Below, one piece after another: positions 57,195 to 64,000 of a stretch of DNA of 64,000 nucleotides. Location of the stretch: positions 1,216,001-1,280,000 of the forward strand of contig CAWIIB010000001.1 in NCBI GenBank assembly GCA_963836075.1, given 5' to 3'. Source of the stretch: an uncultured Acidobacteriota bacterium (GTDB taxonomy: Bacteria > Acidobacteriota > JAQAZP01). Position numbers and translations under genes: made by a program. The first letter of the stretch is position 1; every line of letters starts with the position of its first letter. The notes beneath the pieces are model-generated. The model did not search any database and was not told the origin of the DNA. It saw only the letters and a program-made list of their open reading frames with translations.

Positions 57195-60100
57195 ATGCAA
57201 TCCCGAACCACGGCCTCAGCCACATTCGTCTTGATCATCTCTGTTTTTCTGCTCACCGGATTGAGCAGCAATTTAGTGAAGGCCGGCAGCTACTCTACAA
57301 CCGGAGAAGGAGACAACCTTTCACTCACGGCTAATGAAACCACCGGCAGGGTGACCGGTCTCGAAATAGATGGTCTATCCGTCACCTTTTGCTCCGGCAG
57401 TAACACCGGCGGATTTTACCTCAGGGACAACACAACCGGCGCCAATGGCCTCCCTGCTGGCGTCATCAACGAGCTGGGCTGCGGTGGGTTCGGAAGCGAT
57501 ATACGGAGTGCCAGGCTTGTCTCGTCGATCCCTGGAAGCATGAATCTTTCGGAGGAGGCGCCACGATAGAATGCGACAGCGGCAACCCTGTGGCCAGTAT
57601 TCAGGTCAATCAAGGGCAGAGAAGCATCGGCGTACTCTATCAGGATATCACTGCCCTGCTCAGCGGTGATACGAATGAACATGAGCTTTACTATTTCACC
57701 TTCGAGATGGCCACCGAGTGCGGTTGGCGGTCGAGCGAACACCCAGTGGATCGGGATTTCGATACGCACTTCACTCATCGGGTGGTGGCCTATGTCGAAT
57801 GGTATGATGATACGACAATAGCGCCCACCACCGATCTCTGGGAAAAGAGCGACACCGCCATCACAATCACCTCCCTTGAAGCCTTTAACACCTCCGTCGA
57901 GCTGACGCCCTTCTGCCTGCGCACCTACCGGCCGCTGGAGGCCAGCCAGGCGAGGATTAAGCTGGTCGTGGAAGGGTTCATGCCCAACGATAATATAATC
58001 TATACAGATCCGAATTTCGTCCAGTTTGACAACGTGGCTTTCTTTAAGGCCCCGGAAATAGAACAGCTGGTTGGCGAATGGCACGAAACTGAGCCGAAAT
58101 CCCTGACCTACTTATCGGGCGGCGCAACCAACCTCTCCATGACACTCACCGTTAATGCTCATGAGACCTATATTTTGTTTGAAGGGGAATTGACCAATGA
58201 TGACCCGGACAAGCTGCGGGCTCTCGATTTCGGCTTTGCCCTGCCCATTTACGCCGGCACCGTCCAGCAGGTGGAATGGTTTGACGACAACCATGTTTCC
58301 ATGAGTGTGACGGAAAATTCCCTGGAACAAACAATTCCGTACCGCATGGTGGGCCCGGCCGACATGCGCCTGACGGCCTCCACCGATTTTGTTTTTCCGG
58401 ATGGCAAAAAACAACACGTGGAAAAGAATTACCGCGGCCGTGGCCTCAACATCTCAGCTTATCCCTTCAGCGCGATCACCATCACCAAGAACAACATCAC
58501 ACGGGGCCTCTCCTTCGGGGAGTACCTGCCGGTCACCTATCCACCAATATCTCATATCGGTTACCGTGTAGAAAATCCAGGCCCCTACTATTTCGCATAC
58601 AAAGGCCGCTACTATGTTGAATTCAGCATCGGCCTGCTCGACAGCAACACCTCGCCCGGCATGAACACCGGGCGCTTCAGCTTTATCCTTTTTCGCAGTG
58701 ATATCGAGCAATGGACCGAGACCCAGGCGTTCCGCGAGGCGGCACAGAAATATCAACAGGCAATCTTTCCCGGCTTCTTCACCAGGCCCACTCATTGCGA
58801 GACTGACGACTGGCTATTTGGCGGAGGAAGTTTCTCGGGGGAAACGGACGCAACTGCGGGCTTCAATTTCAGACCCAACGATTTCGGGTTCCGCTATACC
58901 AGGAAAAAGAATCTCGACACTGAACCCGGCGATACGCAATTAACCGCCTTGATCGACTACTGGGATGACCCGTATCACCTCGAGGCAAAAAATATTGACA
59001 TCCTGGTCAATGATCACCCCTGGGTAGCTGGCTTCGTCAACGAGCGAAGCGGATCGCCTGATATGGATTCAGTGAATGTCTACTCGGTGCAAACGGAAGA
59101 TCGCATACCCGATCACGTCCCGGTTGGCCAACTCTGGCGAAACCTCTACCTGGCACAACAAGAGAACAAACTTCTGCTGCCAGGGCTGACCGATCCGTTC
59201 ATTCTGCTCACCAGGGACTTGACCAAGGACGATAATGACCCAACGAGTGCGGAATATTTCTTCCCGGTGCTCCTTGCCGACCCTCCGATTGGACAGAACA
59301 ACCTGCTCAGTCAACAACTCGGAAATTTAACCGACGCATACACAAGCGTGAGCATTCAATCAGAAAAAGGACTGGGTGGGGTCTTCCTGGACAACATGTT
59401 CGTCGCGGAGAACAAGGGACCATATCTCGATGTTCTCGCCGATTCGTCCCCCCCTATTTCCCGAAGTCGTCAGGAGGCCTTCGTTTCGGCTGAAGGCACT
59501 TTGACCTACAGTCTCAGTCACTTCAAGCCGGCCATCTCGCAACTGCCCTTGAATGCAGCCATGGTGAAAGCAGCGAAAAATCTTCTCGACGAAATAGACG
59601 AAGATAGCGGCGGACAGTATGAGCATGGCGAGGGTATCGGGGCCCCCGGAGACACCAAGGAAGAAATCCTTACCGGCAACATCAATGCACCATACTTCGG
59701 TGGCTCGAAGTACGGTTTGATCCATGCCGATATGGGAGGGTTTGAGGGCAATCCGGTCCTTTCTTTCAACAACGGCTCCCAGGCCTTTGATTTCCGGCGA
59801 ACCCTGGCCCGGGCTGGCAACATGCCGCACAAGCTTCTCAAATTCCCCTGCATCCACGGGATGCGCACCACATTCGATACCTGTCAGAATTGGAAAGATC
59901 TGTGGGGTGATTCCGATGATTCCTGGGAGAAGATGTACGAACAGATCGTCAACGAAGCCATCTGGATCGACCTTGCCTGGGGGTTTCACCCTGGCATCAC
60001 GGTGCTGCTGCCTGTTGATGAATCCGTGCCCGGCGATCTCGATGAATTCGTGGAGGAACATATCAGAGGGAAATATACGGGAAGCGGCGGCGATTTGGGC

Positions 60101-61291
60101 TATACCGCCATCTATAAAGAACTCCACCTTGCAGGCTGGCATCCAATCAATAATGCAGTGACCCACGTTGATGGGGTTCCACTGCCCCTCTTTGTTGAGC
60201 GTTTTGGCGATACTATCGGCTGGGGGGATGAAAACGCGAAATACTTTACCGTTCTCAACAACGACACCCTTTCTTACACCCTTGTCCAAATGACAGAGGA
60301 TGAAATCGCAGGGACGCCATCACCGGAGATCTATTTCGAAGACATTCCGGATATTCAGACACTTGATGATACGATTAAATGTAGTCTTGTGCAGAACTGT
60401 GAAGGGTACCCTTCAAGGGAAGATGCCGACGATCACTTTATATTGAAAAGGAAAACCTTCCACCTTGAGATTCACGACCCCGTTCAATTCGGCCTTCATA
60501 ACGGAAACCTATATGCCAAACAGTTGGTCAGCAACGCGGATGACGCGGAAGTCTGCAACTGGCCGCTCATCCAACCGGCAGAGTTCGATGACGGCACCCT
60601 CATGGGCAGATATTCGATCGTGAGAAAAAATTCTAGTATCATAATCGGTGGCGCTAGACTTGGGACCACTCAAACCAAGATCACATTGGAGGACAAGGCC
60701 CTCCTGGTCTTTAAAATCTGGCCCAGCCTCACGGTAAACAACGGTACATCAGGGGAATGCCGGGATGGGTCCGGTGAGGGCTCGTGGACCGAGTCATCGA
60801 GGCTCTGGTCATATTTCGAGATGTACGGGGACGGCTGGCAGCGCTTGGACTCCGATGCCGGGTATGGCGGAAACCTGGACCTGGTTCAGTCGAGCAGCCC
60901 AGGCGCCTGTGTGAACTACAAATTCACCATCGGCGAAAGCGGCAGATATAGCATCCGGGTCCACCTCCCGGTTTCACCCCAGACTCCGGCGCCGGCACGA
61001 TACAAAGCCTACGTCCTCGATTATCTGGAAGGACCGGTGGGGCCCGCGCCGCCCGGTGATCCGGTCTGGAGCCACCTCCTTGACCCGGGCGATTCAGATA
61101 CTTATAACCAGGAGTGGGACGAGGAAGGGTTCGTCGAGATCGGCGCCATCGACGTCACCCTGACCGAACCGGCTCTGGTCACCGTGGTGATCAGACTGAG
61201 CGGCAGCGGAAGCGGCACCGACCGAACCGCCGCCGGCTCGGGCTACCTCCTGGCCGACGCGGTTAAACTCGTCCCGGAGGATGAAGAATGA
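57195..61291 (+). CDS. Large secreted protein (putative glycoside-hydrolase-like core, golvesin/CBM-like C-terminal domain), frameshifted between about 57404 and 57569
   Basis: GAGGTG RBS and signal peptide in ORF 57195..57569; the second frame is open from 57404 into 57590..61291; motifs GVFLDN, AGWHPI..FVERFG..YFTVLN and a terminal GRYSIRVH..LADAVKLV. Confidence 0.65.
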
Positions 61292-63807
61292 TAGGACCAA
61301 TCTCGGCAGGGCGAGCCGTTCTCTCCCTGCTCCTCTTTGCCTGCCTATTCTCTACGAGGGCAGACAGCCAGGTCATCTACGATCTGGCCGAAATGACAAG
61401 TGACGTGCAGATCATCGGCCAGACTTACGAGGATTTTCTATCAAAAATAGCGATCTTTGATTTTAACGACAATGGCCAGAATGATCTCTTTTTCGGTAGC
61501 AATGATATTGGATCACGAGGTCACGTCTACGGGATTTTTGACCAACCCCTGCACCATGGCCTGGTCATCGATCTGCTTAAGGTCGAGATACACCTCGAAA
61601 TTTATGATGAGTATCCCAATGATGTCGGATACGACGTCATCCGCTGCGACATCAATGCCGATGACATCGGCGACCTCGTGGTGAGTGACAGCAATGAAGG
61701 AGAGGTCCACCTTTTCATCGGCTCAGACCAATGGGTGCCGGGAACCGAGATCAACCTGGCCAATGAGAGCGCCGATATCACGTTTATCAATTCCTACGGG
61801 CTGGGTTGCGACATGACATCGGCTGACCTCAACAACGACGGCCTTGAAGATCTGGTGATCGGCGCTGAATATGCCGCCAACCCCGTTGGCTGGTCCACCG
61901 GCGCCGTCTATGTCTTCTTCGCCGGGCCGCAGTATGCTGCCTCCCCGATGACCATTGACCTGGCGGTGGATCAGGCAGACCTCACCATTTACGGCTATTC
62001 CTGGCAAGACCAGTTCGGCCATAGCCTGACCACGGGTGACGTCAACAATGACGGGATCCGTGACTTGATTGTAGGCGCCTGGAGGGCCGTCTCCGCCTCC
62101 GACAAACTGGGCCGGACCTATGTCTTTTTCGGGTCCGGGGACTGGCCGGACCATCATGTCATTGACCTCTCATCTCAAAGCGCCGATGCAACTGTAATTG
62201 GACCGCAGTGGGCCTCAGGGTTGGGCTTTTCCGTGGCATCGGGGGATATTGACGGTGACGGCATCGATGACATCATCTCCGCGGCCCATCATTACGAAGG
62301 AACCGACAACGCCATGGGTGCCGGTTATATGATAAAGGGCAGGTCATCATTCATGCCGGGGGCCACCTTCAACCTGGAGAGTGAACCGGCCGACCTTACC
62401 TGTATCGGCGAGGCTCGCGACAGTGAGTTGGGCATCAGCATGGGCGCAGGGGATCTGGACGGTGACGGCCTGGACGAGTGGGTCATATGCGCCTCAAATT
62501 TCACCAGCGGCCTGCAAAGCAACGGCAAGGGGTTCGTCATCGCCGGGTCGCCGCTAATCCCTCCTCAACACACCATCGATTTTTCGGTCCACCAGCCTAC
62601 GATAAAGGTCCTGCGGCATGCCGATGACGAAGACTTGACCGTGTCCAATAGCGAACTGAGTGATGTGAACGGCGACGGGACCGACGATCTGATCCTTGCC
62701 TCCCGGCGAGCCGACATGCCGGGCCGTGACCACTGCGGCAAGATCTACATCTTTTTCGGTCATGCACCGCTGGACGCCCCGCCCCGCGTGCTTGCCGGGC
62801 CGGGGCCGCACGCGGCCAACCGCGCTGAAGTGCGGTTATTCAACCCCTTCGATCACGAGCAGTGGCTGCTTCGCCTCGCCCCCTACCTGGTGCAGGGATA
62901 CGGCGCCCGGGTTGCTGCCGCGGACCTCGATGGAGACGGTTACGACGAGATCGTGGCCGGACCTGGCCCCGGGCCTCACCACCCGCCCCTGGTGACCATT
63001 TTTAGCGGGGCGGGGAGCCTCCAAGATGTTTTCCAGGCATATGGGACACCCAACTATGGGGTGAACCTTGCTGCTGGTGACCTGGACGGCGATGGGAAGG
63101 ACGAAGTCGTCACCGGAGCCGGGCCCGGTTCGGTCTACGGGCCCCACGTGCGGGCCTGGCACTCTGATAGCGGCTCGATGGCTCCCCTGCCTGGGGCCAG
63201 TTTCATGGCTTACGGCACTCTGCGCTGGGGCGTCAACGTGGCCTGTGGCGACCTGAACGGCGACGGCAGGGACGAGATCGTTACCGGCGCCGGGCCGGGT
63301 GAGATCTTCGGGCCGCATGTGCGGGCCTGGCGTTATAGCAGCGGGACCGTCAGCCCAATCCAGAGTATCAGCTTCATGGCCTACGGTACGGATCAGTATG
63401 GGGTCAAGGTGGCCTGCGGCGATATCGACGGCGACGGGATCGATGAGATCGTCACCGGGCCAGGCCCCGGAGTGCGGTTCGGTTCTCACGTTCGCGGCTG
63501 GAACTATGACGGACAATCACTGGAGCCGATAGGCGCGATCAGCTTCCTCGCCTTTCCCGGTCCGCAGGGCACGGGGGGCGTGGTGGTGGCCTGCGGTGAT
63601 ATCGATAATGACGGCAACGACGAAATTCTCACCACGCCGGGACCGTTCGGTGGAAGTCCACCAAAACTGAGCACTTGGAACTATGATGGTGATGTGTTGA
63701 CCTATTTCGCAAGCAAGAGCTTTCTGCTCTTCGAGGCCGATCACTATTTTTCTGGAGCGTATTCGGCCATCGGCAATTTTTTAGAACCGGCCGATTACCT
63801 GCCATGA
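61288..63807 (+). CDS. Secreted FG-GAP/integrin-alpha repeat protein with a C-terminal GPGP-repeat module
   Basis: Signal peptide; GDVNNDGIRDLIVGA repeats; C-terminal GVNVACGDLNGDGRDEIVTGAGPGEIFGPHVRAW repeats; ATGA overlap with the upstream gene. Confidence 0.88.
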   Translation: MIGPISAGRAVLSLLLFACLFSTRADSQVIYDLAEMTSDVQIIGQTYEDFLSKIAIFDFNDNGQNDLFFGSNDIGSRGHVYGIFDQPLHHGLVIDLLKVEIHLEIYDEYPNDVGYDVIRCDINADDIGDLVVSDSNEGEVHLFIGSDQWVPGTEINLANESADITFINSYGLGCDMTSADLNNDGLEDLVIGAEYAANPVGWSTGAVYVFFAGPQYAASPMTIDLAVDQADLTIYGYSWQDQFGHSLTTGDVNNDGIRDLIVGAWRAVSASDKLGRTYVFFGSGDWPDHHVIDLSSQSADATVIGPQWASGLGFSVASGDIDGDGIDDIISAAHHYEGTDNAMGAGYMIKGRSSFMPGATFNLESEPADLTCIGEARDSELGISMGAGDLDGDGLDEWVICASNFTSGLQSNGKGFVIAGSPLIPPQHTIDFSVHQPTIKVLRHADDEDLTVSNSELSDVNGDGTDDLILASRRADMPGRDHCGKIYIFFGHAPLDAPPRVLAGPGPHAANRAEVRLFNPFDHEQWLLRLAPYLVQGYGARVAAADLDGDGYDEIVAGPGPGPHHPPLVTIFSGAGSLQDVFQAYGTPNYGVNLAAGDLDGDGKDEVVTGAGPGSVYGPHVRAWHSDSGSMAPLPGASFMAYGTLRWGVNVACGDLNGDGRDEIVTGAGPGEIFGPHVRAWRYSSGTVSPIQSISFMAYGTDQYGVKVACGDIDGDGIDEIVTGPGPGVRFGSHVRGWNYDGQSLEPIGAISFLAFPGPQGTGGVVVACGDIDNDGNDEILTTPGPFGGSPPKLSTWNYDGDVLTYFASKSFLLFEADHYFSGAYSAIGNFLEPADYLP

Positions 63808-64000
63808 GTCCGCAAAACTGCGGCCGCCCCCCTCCCGACACATCGTGCTGAAAACAGAACACTTCCTTTGCCGGAAGTGCTTTTCCTGATGCTCCATTTC
63901 CATCGGGGTTCACGCCCCCTCCTCCTTGACCACCTCCGGTGCTCGTGATAGTTTTCACGATGTTCCGCCGGCCCGCCCGGTTGGCCCGAACTTCTCCCGC

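Noticed and set aside
63808-64000. Possible RNA gene or ORF at the window end
   Set aside because: No tRNA or ncRNA signature seen; the short minus-strand ORF overlaps the FG-GAP gene and has no support.

Overview
High-GC bacterial chromosomal window from a diderm organism. The gene content and the surface-protein families suggest an Acidobacteriota-like or deltaproteobacteria-like anaerobe, but this is inference only. There are about 40 protein genes. I saw no rRNA, tRNA, CRISPR array or intact transposase. Content: an RND efflux operon (adaptor plus two AcrB-family subunits); peptide and amino-acid catabolism genes (tricorn S41, S9 and C69 peptidases, a eukaryote-type alanine aminotransferase, a cNMP-domain aspartase, glutamate dehydrogenase with a PPDK-N-like partner); two tandem PilT ATPases; a propeller-type hybrid histidine kinase; transketolase; glycosyltransferases; an Npt/HEAT transporter; and several large secreted FG-GAP proteins. 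Most notable: (1) an operon of a membrane-anchored amidase, a MamK-family actin and a TPR protein, with no magnetosome genes nearby; (2) a ~120-aa two-Cys domain present both as a free secreted protein and as the C-terminus of a surface protein, plus a second ~330-aa C-terminal module shared by two unrelated secreted proteins, possibly a lineage-specific surface display system; (3) PilT paralogs that have each lost a different His-box histidine. Four genes carry single frameshifts that may be assembly errors. Family calls come from motif recognition, not database searches.
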